A DNA stretch of 64,000 nucleotides, taken from positions 7,688,001-7,752,000 of the forward strand of contig NC_134482.1 in assembly GCF_964194025.1 (NCBI RefSeq), in the 5' to 3' direction. Of the stretch, positions 37,610 to 49,137 are shown one piece after another. The notes under the pieces are model-generated. The model was not told the origin of the DNA. It worked only from the letters and a program-made list of their open reading frames with translations, and ran no database searches. Numbering within the stretch: position 1 is the stretch's first letter; each line of letters opens with the position of its first letter. A program made the translations under genes and the position numbers. This DNA is from Convolutriloba macropyga. Taxonomy: Eukaryota.

Positions 37610-39659
37610 CTAGAACAGATACACACTGCAGAGATAAAGAGTCTAGTATATTTTGTGATAACTATCAGATTTATATAATCAGATGGATTTTAAGTTTTTC
37701 AACTTCGATATCCCTTGTCAAATGGAATCGTTATCCTGCAAGATTCTGGTGGACTCTGACTGTCTCTGGAAGATGATACTCGGAGACTTTGTAGTTTAAG
37801 AGAAGCTTAGTCCTTTGGTTAAAATGGTCAAATAAACATTGAGCAGAATTCAGATATGTAGGTTTCCTAAATAATTTAAGCAAAAAGTATCAAATCAGTT
37901 TGTAGCAAATGATCATTGTTTTAACTGGTTAGCTTGAGGTGGTATTTTTCTATTAAATTCTGATAAATTTCACGGTTATCTACTTGACTTCGAAGAAAAA
38001 TGTTAAGTTTTGCTTCTTAATCAATTTTTTCTTTAAAAAAATTGAGAACTTTTCGTGCCTTCCATGATTTTGCCAAAAAAATTGAAGGTTTCAGGAGAGT
38101 TTCAGTTTTTCAAGTGATTTGTTAAAAAAGTGGTCTGGTCAATAAAAAAGTAGTTTGGTTTGCTGAATATAATATAAGCCAACCAAACTACGTTTCAAAA
38201 AGTTCATGACATTTCTATACATTTTAACTGAGATATAAACGTTGACCCTTTGAACTCAATGTTTTTTGCTCCCTTTTTAACCCAAGACTCTATCGGGGAG
38301 GGATGATGATACTCGGGGACGCCATAAACACTTTGTTGATGAATAGAATTTTCTTTTGTCAAAATGGTCAGAAAAAATTTGAGCAGAGTTCAGATTTGTA
38401 AATTTTCTGAATATAGCTGGCAAAACCTAACAAATCAGTTATTTCAAACGAACACTAAATAGGGTAGTTCTATTGAGAAAAAGAATTGTAAAATTACGAA
38501 ATGTTTTAAGTATAATTTTTTCTTTTCTCTGATCAATTATGTTCTCTTTTTTTAATTTTATCAAAAGGTAGAATTGTGCGCATATGAAAAAAGTGTTGAT
38601 TCCAATTTTCAACATCAACTTAGCACTGTTTTAAGCTTTTTATCAATGCACCCTTTTTCTCGCCAATCTTGCACTTTACCCATTTTTCTGGTAGATCCTG
38701 CAAGATAATTGTTGTCCTGCCAGAATCTTACGAGACAACCAATTTCTGACAAAGTTGTGACTGATTCTCGCAAAATAACAATCCGGTCTCCCCCGCGGAT
38801 GGCTCGTCATTTCAAGATTAACTTTTTATGGTTATCTCGTTAAGATCTTGTTTCTCGATGCCCATGGAACGATGATTTTGCATGTTGCTACTTATACTGA
38901 TGTCTTAGTAACGAGTGATGTGCCAAGATCTTGAAAAGATTTTCCATGTTTTAGCATGACCTTCTGCAAAGTATATCAAGTTTTCTCTCACTGGGAACAA
39001 AAACGATACAAAACGATATGTCAGCTCTATTCTATAAAAGTGAGATAAACAACCATTAACCCGAAAAATCACACAGATGAATCGGACGGAAAAGTTTATG
39101 GAATTGGTCAGATTATCAAACTTATCGAGAAATATACCCTTGCAAAAAGTTTGAAAAGTTTGAAATTTTTAATTGAGTCCTATCGTTGAATTGAGTCGCA
39201 CCAACCCTTACTCTAAAATAGGTTCAAAAAAACATATCTTATCTTTACGGTTATGTAGTTTTGCCTTTATCAAAATGAAGCAGAACTGTACCTGAAAAAT
39301 TAAGGGGCACCGCCCGGATTATTATTTAAATTGAAAACGAAACTTCATCTTGAAAATACAGTGAATTGATTTTCAACATTAGTCGCTTTGAGGAAAATTT
39401 TTCGTAAAATTAAAGTAAAGTTCACCTTCAATATAGCCTCGCATCAGATTAGTTCAACTCTAATAAAATTACCTCAGCTTTTTTTTGCTTTGCTGCAACG
39501 AACCGCTACTGAGGATTAGATGAACCAAACGAAAACTCACAAAATGAAAAGAAAAAGTCAGTTTTACGTATATGAGATGGTTATATACACGCGATCTGCT
39601 GTTGTTGATATTTGACTCGTAAATCAGCATTAAGTCTCCCGCACCTAACTCTAAGTCGA

Positions 39660-39900
39660 ATTCAGTACTGAATCAGAGTTTATTGCAGGTCACATTTTGC
39701 ACTCATTTTATCTGATTCAGAGCTAATTCAGTGATTTATTCTGAATTATCTTCTGAATCAGAATATTTTCTCTGAACTTTGATCTGATTCAGAGAAATTC
39801 AGAAATCACTTCACAGTTGGTTTTGAAATCCTTCTGAATCAGTACTAAAACTTAAAACGTCTCTGAAAATTTTCTGAATCAATACTGATTGACACTGGAC
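39660..39900. repeat. Degenerate repeat with CTGAATCAG/CTGATTCAG motifs (probable MITE remnant)
   Basis: Multiple copies of the near-palindromic motif. Termini not identified. Confidence 0.4.
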
Positions 39901-39984
39901 CTTAGGTACCCGCTTTAGCTTGCGAATCCATTATCAACGACAACGGTCCCTGTGTTTATAAAAATTTCTCTTTCCAATTTCTAC

Positions 39985-40218
39985 CTTATTTTCAGAATAG
40001 ACGGGAATCGTAGTATGTGGGTACCAAGCTGATAATGGGAACGAAAGGAAACTCTCATCCAGTAGAACTCTGATGGCACTGCAGGTAGCTCGGAGACGCA
40101 TAACATCTCGAAATGGAGGAAGAGATTCGCGAAGGATTTTCGGTTTTCCGTATGAGTGAATTAAAATCTGACAAATAGTTTGCCATAAGTGCAGTGGAAG
40201 GCTCAGAATATCCGTCAT
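39985..40218 (-). CDS. First coding exon, F-box-like N-terminus
   Basis: MTDILSLPLHLWQTICQIL...DVMRLRATCSAIRVLL fits an F-box pattern (LP..L...I...L ... L..TC..(W/I)R) with an insertion. Donor AAG|GTAGAA at 39985. Confidence 0.6.
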
Positions 40219-40924
40219 AATTAGCGAGTCATTTGCTAGAATAAATATTCAATTCCGGTGTTGCTCATCGTACAGCTTTCCTTGATTGCAAACAAAGTCA
40301 TTTATAATTCCGGGTATCATACAAGGTCATATAAGATGTTTATGATTTCTCAGTCTTCATGCAAAGGTAAATTGGAAGTTCGAACTAACTCTCAAAATGC
40401 GTAAACAGTCATGCCCTAGGTCAAAAACATCGATAGAAAATCAATAAACGCTGAAAGTTGTTGAGAATATTCTTCCTTGTAATCATACCATGTCAATTGT
40501 CCAATTCATATGGATTGTAGTGAACCAAAATTTTTTGCTTTGGGGTGCATACTTGGAAAATTGGTACTTTAGAAATGTTAAGTTCAGGCACGCAAAAAAT
40601 TTGTCTGTTTCTTATGTAAAATGCCTTCTTATTTCTCGGCTATTGGGTCTAGATCGTTCAAAGTGATAAGAGAAAAGTCTGACAGACTAACTTGGCAATG
40701 ACGTAAAGATTTTTTAGATTAGTGTTAAATAAAATCAAATTTGCAATTTCGTCAATTGTTCCTCTAAAGTCGTATGTATGATTTCTTCATATTCAAATAA
40801 ATTTCACACAAATTTATTTCTTGATCCCATTACAAAAAGTGAATGGTTATCTTCGGGAGCAGCAAAATATGTCATAAAGGGCCTTGGCATAAGTCAGAGA
40901 GTACAAAAATTTTCATGATGTTTT

Positions 40925-41052
40925 NNNNNNNNNNNNNNNNNNNNNNNNNNNNNNNNNNNNNNNNNNNNNNNNNNNNNNNNNNNNNNNNNNNNNNNNNNNN
41001 NNNNNNNNNNNNNNNNNNNNNNNNNNNNNNNNNNNNNNNNNNNNNNNNNNNN
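40925..41052. other. Assembly gap (128 N)
   Basis: Run of N. It hides the left terminus of the palindromic element. Confidence 1.
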
Positions 41053-41499
41053 AAGACAGGGGGGGGGGGGGGTAAAAAGACGTACCTATGTATAAAGATT
41101 ACCTATAGCCTATTTTCATCAATTTTCTAAAGACTTACCTAAAAAAGAGAGTGAGAACAATAGACCTGTCATCTTAACATAATTACCCAGGGGTAATTAT
41201 CTTAATTACCCCCAGGGAAATGCATCCAGTTTTCAACTCTAATGCACTTCAGCTAATAATTATCTACTTAATAAAATATATCTGCGGAACTTTTACTTTA
41301 AGCATTTTCTCATTTTATTCATTCGCGCATAGTTATCACAATTACAACTTTTAATCATTTTTCACAATAATATTCAAACATTTTTCATTGTAATTCACAA
41401 GAATTTACCCGATTTTGTGCTGATATACGTAAATTTTGGCAATTTTACCATTTTTTCGCCAAAAGTTCCCAATTCTTGTAAAATAATACCAAACTCTTA

Positions 41500-41830
41500 C
41501 CAAAAATTACCGAAAATACTGACCAAAAAGACCCAATTCCTGGCAAAAAATTACGTAATTTCTGACAAAAATACCCAATTATAACAAAAAAATACCCAAT
41601 TTTTGTCAAAAAATACCCAACTCTGAAGCGAAAATACCTTATTCTTGCCAAGAAATACCCAATTACTGGCAAAAAGTACCCAATTCATCCCAAAAAATAC
41701 ACAATTCTGGTCAAAAAATACCCAATTCTGGCCAAAATATAACTATTTCTTGCCAAAAATTAACCCCATTTGAGCTCAAAATACCCAGTTTTATCAGCAT
41801 AATTCAAAAAATACCCAAATATCAAAGAAA
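41500..41830. repeat. Subterminal ~21-bp AAAAAATACCCAATT minisatellite (mirrored at 48250-48600)
   Basis: Repeated unit visible in both arms, with different copy numbers. Confidence 0.9.
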
Positions 41831-42392
41831 TTTACTCAAAATTTTCCTAAATTGTTCTCATTTCTTCCCATTATTCCCACAACTTTGTTTTTTCAGAACT
41901 TTACAAGTTTTAAAAAATTTATTTTTATAAAGAAAGCTCTCACGTGATCCCATTAATTTTATCTGGATTTAAATGACCTCTGCATTGTGACTACAAAATA
42001 ACAAATATACTGTGTCATCTGTTAATGGGTCTAAAGTTCTCACGTGATTTGACAATTAGTCGCTACATTATCGTCACAATTACTCATAACAGTACGAGTA
42101 CATCATAATAATCCACAATTACGTCAAAGTGTTGTCATAATTACGTCATAATTACGTCACAATTAAGTCACTCTGTCGTCACAATTATCATTATGTCGTC
42201 ATAAATACGTCATGTTCAACAAAGAACTTTTCATTTCGGTCTTTTTTCATTTTTCTGATTTACAGATTTGAGTGCAGTTGAGTACAATAAACTTTACAAC
42301 TTCTGACAAAAAATTTACTTCATCGCAAGTTCGATTTTAACAGTTTTTTACTACCCCTTGCTCACTTCTAATCTCACAACTTATTTTCAGAG

Positions 42393-45097
42393 ATGCCTCG
42401 AAAGTCGGACCAAAAAGAACTTTGCAATTCTTGCGATAAGTCTATCTTGAAATACAATATGAGTAGACATCAAAAGCTTCACGCAAGAGCTTGCCCACAA
42501 TGCTCCCAGTCATTTCCGGACGACGAGAAACTTCAGCGTCACATTGATTCAAAACATGCAGCGTCACTCGTTCAAGAGAAAAAGTTTTCGTGCAGAAGCT
42601 GCAATTTATCGTTTTCCACATACTATCAACTTATTCATCATAAACGAAACAATCACCAGCATTCTGCTCCAGTGGCTTACGATGACGTTGACTTATCTAT
42701 TTACGGAGAATCCTCCGCTCTTCACAGTGAGCTCGAAACCGTCAAACACTTTTTGCAAGACTCGATGCTTGAATTCTCTAGAAAGAAAGTACACAACTTC
42801 AAGTTAGTCGACCTCAGCCACGAAATAGTGATCAATAAATTGGATTTTGTTTACAAAGACTTACCCAGTTCAGCTAAAATCAATATTTCGTTTGGATTCG
42901 TGTGCATAACTCTGACGAAATTCGATACTATTACGCAGCAGATAACAATCCCGTATTCATGAATCCCATTGTTCTCTCTGATGTTTCAGATCTCAGTTTT
43001 ATCAAATCGAAATTGAGAAGTGAAGAACTTCTTCCCAATCTAATTAATCATAGCCCAGACACAAAGTGGAAATTTTATGGCGTTACAAATGTCACATTCT
43101 TTGTATTTTCTTCTCAGTGGTGTTCCGCTTGGATGCATTGAACAACCTATTCCCTCAGCCCTTAGTCAAAAATCCTTGGTTAAATGTTTTATTTCCGATG
43201 GAGAGAAAAAACCCTACCAAGACAACTTGTGTATGATCCGTGCACTGACCTACGAAATAAATGGCAGCGATAAGCTACAGCAAAGTACGTTGAAATTGAT
43301 GCAGTCGTTTCTCTCAGCAACAAAGAAAGATGGCAAGAGCTTTCAAGGAGTACATGAAGATGATATTCACATTCTTGAAGAGCTGACTTACCAAAACATT
43401 CAAGTTTACACAATTTTCATTAACGATCCGTCTGAAATATATACTTACTCGTCGATCCTGCTTAAAGCGTGCACAGACAACATCTTTGTTGAGATATGAG
43501 AATCATATCTGTTGGACAGCAGACATCAATAAGTTCTAAAAGAATTCCGGTGCTATGTATGCGATCAGTTTTTCGATAGATCAAACAATTTGTTGGTCCA
43601 TCTCAGGAACACACAACATAGGTATCCCTCAGGAGCTTATCAGCTGTCAGAGACTGTTTTCCGATTGGCTGGAAGTCGTTAATATTATGGTTCCAGCAGA
43701 ACTGAGATCATTTTCTCACTTAATTGTTTTTCGATTTTGAGTCAATAACAGTTACTGACATGACTCTCAACAACACCGAATTGACTTCTTGGATTGGGAA
43801 ACATGTTCGCATTAGTGTGTCGATATCTTCTAAGCTTCTTGAAGAGATCATTTTCCTTTGCAAACTCAGATCCGAACCAGTTAATTCGAGATTTTGTGTC
43901 TAACCTTGAGTTGATATCGCAGAAAAGAGCAATCCATATGAAGGAAAAATTGCAAAACTTCATTTCTCGACTTGAAGAAAACTATTGGCTTGCTCGAGAC
44001 AAAGTTCCCGTGCGAGAGAACGAAGGACTCGTCAATGATGATGCAGGAACTGGCGAGGATGAAGAGGATTCCAATTCTACTAGAGACCGAAGAGAGCTCA
44101 AAATTCTATCGAGTTTGAGACAAGATTTGGAGAATTACTACAGTGCAATCCCCGTGTTTGGTTTCAACAGCTCGCGATACGACTTAAGTTTGATTAAAGA
44201 ATATCTTTTGCTACATTTACTCACAGAGAGAAATGTTGTTCCCAAGGTGATTCGTACGGGGAACAAATATATGGAATGAACTTTCTTGGCTTGCAATGTC
44301 TCGACATTTTGAACTTCCTGGGAGGAGCTACAACTCTGGTTAATTTTTGAAAGCGTATGAAGCCAGTGAAGAGAATGGTTTTTTTCCCCTTATGAGTGGT
44401 TTGACAGTGCTGAAAAGTTGAATGAGAACCAACTGCCACCAATTGAAAGTTTCTGGAGTAAGTTGAAAAACCATAACGTCTTGTCAGTCGATTACGATAA
44501 GTTCATGGTTACAAAAAAGGGGGAATTGAAGAAAAGGAAGCTTTAAAAAAGCTGAAATTAAAAAACAGTTCCCAAAAATGCAGAGGAAAACTATCGGGAA
44601 CTTCAAAACATTTGGGAAAAGGAGAACATGAACACATTTCGCGATTTTCTCAAGTGGTATACCAACAAAGACGTCGTGCCCACTCTTGATGCGATGACAA
44701 AGATGATTCAATTCTACCACTCAAAACAAATTGATATGTTGAAACTGGGCTATACGCTTCCCAACTTGGCAAACAGAATTCTCCATTCGTCAACAGATGC
44801 TGCATTTTTCCATTCTGCAAGCAAGACAAGGAATATGATAGCTATATCAGAAATTGGCTGACGGGAGGACCCTCGATTATCTTCACCCGATATGCAAAAG
44901 CAGGCGAAACCAAGATTAGAGAGTCCGAAAATGTGTGCAAGTCTATTGTGGGCATTGATGCGAGTCAACTTTACCCATTCTCAATGACCAAGGAAATGCC
45001 AACGGGACTATACACAAAAATGGGAATTCAATGACGACACTGCAAAGTTCCACCAAAAAGGAATTGGAGGAGTTTTTTGAGCAGCAGGTAATAGAAT
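42393..45097 (+). pseudogene. Protein-primed DNA polymerase B with N-terminal C2H2 zinc fingers, left arm; frameshifted and truncated after motif A
   Basis: Three C2H2 fingers (42393-42962), Exo II VFGFNSSRYDL, Exo III FLKWY..KDVVP, GGPSIIFTRY, motif A GIDASQLYPFSM at ~44951-44986. Confidence 0.88.
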
Positions 45098-47667
45098 ACT
45101 TGCACACATTTTTCGGACTCTCTAATCTTGGTTTCGCCTGCTTTTGCATATCGGGTGAAGATAATCGAGGGTCCTCCCGTCAGTCAATATCTGATATAGC
45201 TATAAAATTCCTTGTCTTGCTCGCAGAATGGAAAAAATGCAGCATCTGTTGACGAATGGAGAATTCTGTTTGCCAAGTTGGGAAGCGTATAGCCCAGTTC
45301 CAACATATCAATTTGTTTTGAATGGTGGAATTGAATCATCTTTGTCATCGCATCAAGAGTGGGCACGACGTCTTTGTTGTTATACCACTTGAGAAAATCG
45401 CGGAATGTGTTCATGTTCTCCTTTTCCCAAATGTTTTGAAGTTGGCGATAGTTTTCCTCTTCATTTTTGGGAACTGTTTTTAATTTCAGCTTCTTTAAAG
45501 CTTCCTTTTCTTCAATTCCCCTTTTTTTGCAATCTATGAACTTATCGTAATCGACTGACAAGACGTTATGGTTTTTCAACTTACTCCAAAAACTTTCAAT
45601 GGTGGCAGTTGGGTCTCATTCAACTTTTCAGCACTGTCAAACCACTCATAAGGGAAAAAACCCTTCTCTTCACTGGCTTCATACGCTTTCAAAAAATTAT
45701 CCAGAGTTGTAGCTCCTCCCAGGAAGTTCAAAATGTCGAGAAATTGCAAGCCAAGAAAGTTCATTCCAATATATTTGTTCCCCGTACGAATCACCTTGGG
45801 AACAACATTTCTCTCTGTGAGTAAATGTAGCAAAAGATATTCTTTAATCAAATTTAAGTCGTATCGCGAGCTGTTGAAACCAAACACGGGGATTGCACTG
45901 TAGTAATTCTCCAAATCTTGTCTCAAACTCGATAGAATTTTGAGCTCTCTTCGGTCTCTAGTAGAATTGGAATCCTCTTCATCCTCGCCAGTTCTGCATC
46001 ATCATTGACGAGTCCTTCATTTTCTCGCACGGGAACTTTGTCTCGAGCAAGCCAATACTTTGATTCATGTCGAGAAATGAAGTTTTGCAATTTTTCCTTC
46101 ATAAGGATTGCACTTTTCTGCGATATCAGCTCAAGGCTAGACACAAAATCTCGAATTAACTGGTTCGGATCTGAGTTGCAAAGGAAAATGATCTCTTCAA
46201 GAAGCTCAGAAGATATCGACACACTAATGGGAACATGTTTCCCAATCCAAGAAGTCAATTCGGTGTTGTTGAGAGTCATGTCAGTAACTGTTATTGACTC
46301 AAAATCGAAAACAATTAAGTGAGAAAATGATCTCAGTTCTGCTGGAACCACAATATTAACGTCTTCCAGCCGATCGAAAACAGTCTCTTGACAGCTGATA
46401 AGCTCCTGAGGGATACCTCTGTTGTGTGTTTTCGGAAACAATTTCTGAGATGGACCAACAAATTGTTTGATCTATCGAAAAACTGATCGCATACATAGCA
46501 CCGGAATTCTTTTAGGAACTTATTGATGTCTGCTGTCCAACAGATATGATTCTCATATCTCAACAAAGATGTTGTCTGTGCACGCTTTAAGCAGGATCGA
46601 CGAGTAAGTATATATTTCAGACGGATCGTTAATGAAAATTGTGTAAACTTGAATGTTTTGGTAAGTCAGCTCTTCAAGAATGTGAATATCATCTTCATGT
46701 ACTCCTTGAAAGCTCTTGCCATCTTTCTTTGTTGCTGAGAGAAACGACTGCATCAATTTCAACGTACTTTGCTGTAGCTTATCACTGCCATTTATTTCGT
46801 AGGTCAGTGCACGGATCATACACAAGTTGTCTTGGTAGGGTTTTTTCTCTCCATCGGAAATAAAACATTTAACCAAGGGATTTTTGACTAAGGCTGAGGG
46901 AATAGGTTGTTCAATGCATCCAAGCGGAACACCACTGAGAAGAAATACAAAGAATGTGACATTTGTAACGCCATAAATTTTCCACTTTGTGTCTGGGCTA
47001 TGATTAATTAGATTGGGAAGAAGATCTTCACTTCTCAATTTCGATTTGATAAAACTGAGATTTGAGTCATCAGAGAGAACAATGGGATTCATGAATACGG
47101 GATTCTTATCTGCTGCGTAATAGTATCGAAATTCGTCAGAGTTATGCACACTCTGCAGCACGAGTCGAAACGAAATATTGATTTTAGCTGAACTGGGTAA
47201 GTCTTTGTAAACAAAATCCAATTTATTGATCACTATTTCGTGGCTGAGGTCGGCCAACTTGAAGTTGTGTACTTTCTTTCTAGACAATTCAAGCATCGAG
47301 TCTTTCAAAAAGTGTTTGACGGTTTCGAGCTCACTGTGAAGAGCGGAGGATTCTCCATATATAGATAAGTCAACGTCATTGTAAGCCACTGGAGCAGAAT
47401 GCTGGTGATTGTTTCGTTTATGATGAATAAGTTGATAATATGTTGATAACGATAAATTGCAGCTTCTGCATGAAAACTTTTTCTCTTGAATGAGTGACGG
47501 TGCATGTTTTGAAGCAATGTGACGCTGAAGTTTCTCGTCGTCTGGAAATTACTGGGATCATTGTGGGCAAGCTCTTGCGTGAAGCTTTTGATGTCTACTC
47601 ATATTGGATTTCAAGATAGTTTTATCGCAAGAATTGCAAAGTTCTTTTTGTCCGACTTTCGAGGCAT
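45098..47667 (-). pseudogene. pPolB with C2H2 fingers, right arm (inverted copy); ends just before motif A
   Basis: ATG at 47667. Fragments include CYVCDQFF..LVH, LIVFDFESI (Exo I), GFNSSRYDL, FLDILNFL, KGFFPYEWF and YNNKDVVP. Confidence 0.88.
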
Positions 47668-49069
47668 CTCTGAAAATAAGTTGTAAGACTAGAAGTGAGC
47701 AAGGGGGAGTAAAAAATCGTTAAAATCGAACTTGCGGTGAAGTAAAGTTTTTGTCAGAAGTTGTAAACGTTATTGTACTCAACTGCACTCAAATCTGTAA
47801 ATCAGAAAAATGAAAAAAGACATAAATGAAAAGTTCTTTGTTGAACATGACGTATTTATGACGGCATAATGACGTAATTGTGACGACAGATTGACTTAAT
47901 TGTGACGTAATTATGACGTAATTATGACAACACTTTGACGTAATTGTGGATTACTATGATATACTCGTACTGTTATGAGTAATTGTGACGATAATGTAGT
48001 GACTAATTGTCTAATCACGTGAGAATTTTAGACCCATTAACAGATGACACAGTATATTTGTTATTTTATAGTTACAATGCAGAGGTCATTTAACTCCAGA
48101 TAAATATAATGGGATCACGTGAGAGCTTTCTTTATTACAATAAAATTTTGAAAACTTGTAAAGTTCTGAAATAATGAAATTGTGGAAATAATGGAAGAAA
48201 TGAGAACCAATTTAGGAAAAATTTTGAGTAAATTTCTTTGTGTGTATTTTGAGCTCAAATGGGGTTAATTTTTGGCAAGAAATATTTATATTTTGGCAAG
48301 AATTGGGTATTTTTTTGATAAGAATTTGGTATTATCCACGAATTGGGTTCTTTTTTTAATGAATTGAGTATTTTTGCCACGAATTTTGTAATTTTTGACC
48401 AGAATTGGGTATTTTTTGGGAAGAATTGGGTATTTTTTGCCAGTAATTGGGTATTTCTTGGCAAGAATAAGGTTTTTTCGCTTCAGAGTTGGGTATTTTT
48501 TGACAGAAATTGGGTATTTTTTGTTATAATTGGGTATTTTTGTCAGAAATTACGTAATTTTTTGCCAGGAATTGGGTCTTTTTGGTCGGTAGTTGGGTAA
48601 TTTTTGATAAGAGTTTGGTATTATTTTACAAGAATTGGAAACTTTTGGCAAAAAATGGTAAAATTGCCAAAATTTACGTATATCAGCACAAAGTCGGGTA
48701 AATTCTTGTGAATTACAATGAAAAATGATAAAATAGTATTGTGAAAAATGATTAAAAGTTGTAATTGTGATAACTATGCGCGAATGAATAAAATGAGAAA
48801 ATGCTTAAAGTAAAAGTTCCGCAGATATATTTTATTAAGTAGATAATTATTAGCTGAAGTGCATTTGAGTGGAAAACTGGATGTATTTCCCTGGGGGTAA
48901 TTAAGATAATTACCCCTGCGTAATTATGATAAGATGACAGGTCTATTGTTCTCTCTCTCTCTTTTTTAGGTACGTCTTTAGAAAATTGATGAAAATAGGC
49001 TATAGGTAATCTTTATACATAGGTACGTCTTTTTACCCCCCCCCCCTGTCTTGCTTAGCCTCTACTACT

Positions 49070-49087
49070 TATATTTATATATATAAT

Positions 49088-49133
<46 letters not shown>
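49070..49133. repeat. (TA)n microsatellite at the Polinton right flank
   Basis: Direct observation. Confidence 0.95.

Positions 49134-49137
<4 letters not shown>

Larger units (their letters stand above)
41053..49069. mobile_element. Palindromic (foldback) Polinton/Maverick-derived element
   Basis: 41053-44942 is the reverse complement of ~45098-49052. The right end reads 5'-AGTAGTAGAGG on the minus strand, a Polinton-type terminus. Both arms encode pPolB fragments. Confidence 0.9.

Noticed and set aside
41445-41672. ORFs 41445-41672, 48255-48464 and 48343-48600 as repeat proteins
   Set aside because: Translations of the ~21-bp minisatellite.
42393-42962. Host C2H2 transcription factor gene
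   Set aside because: Contiguous with pPolB fragments and duplicated within the Polinton arms.
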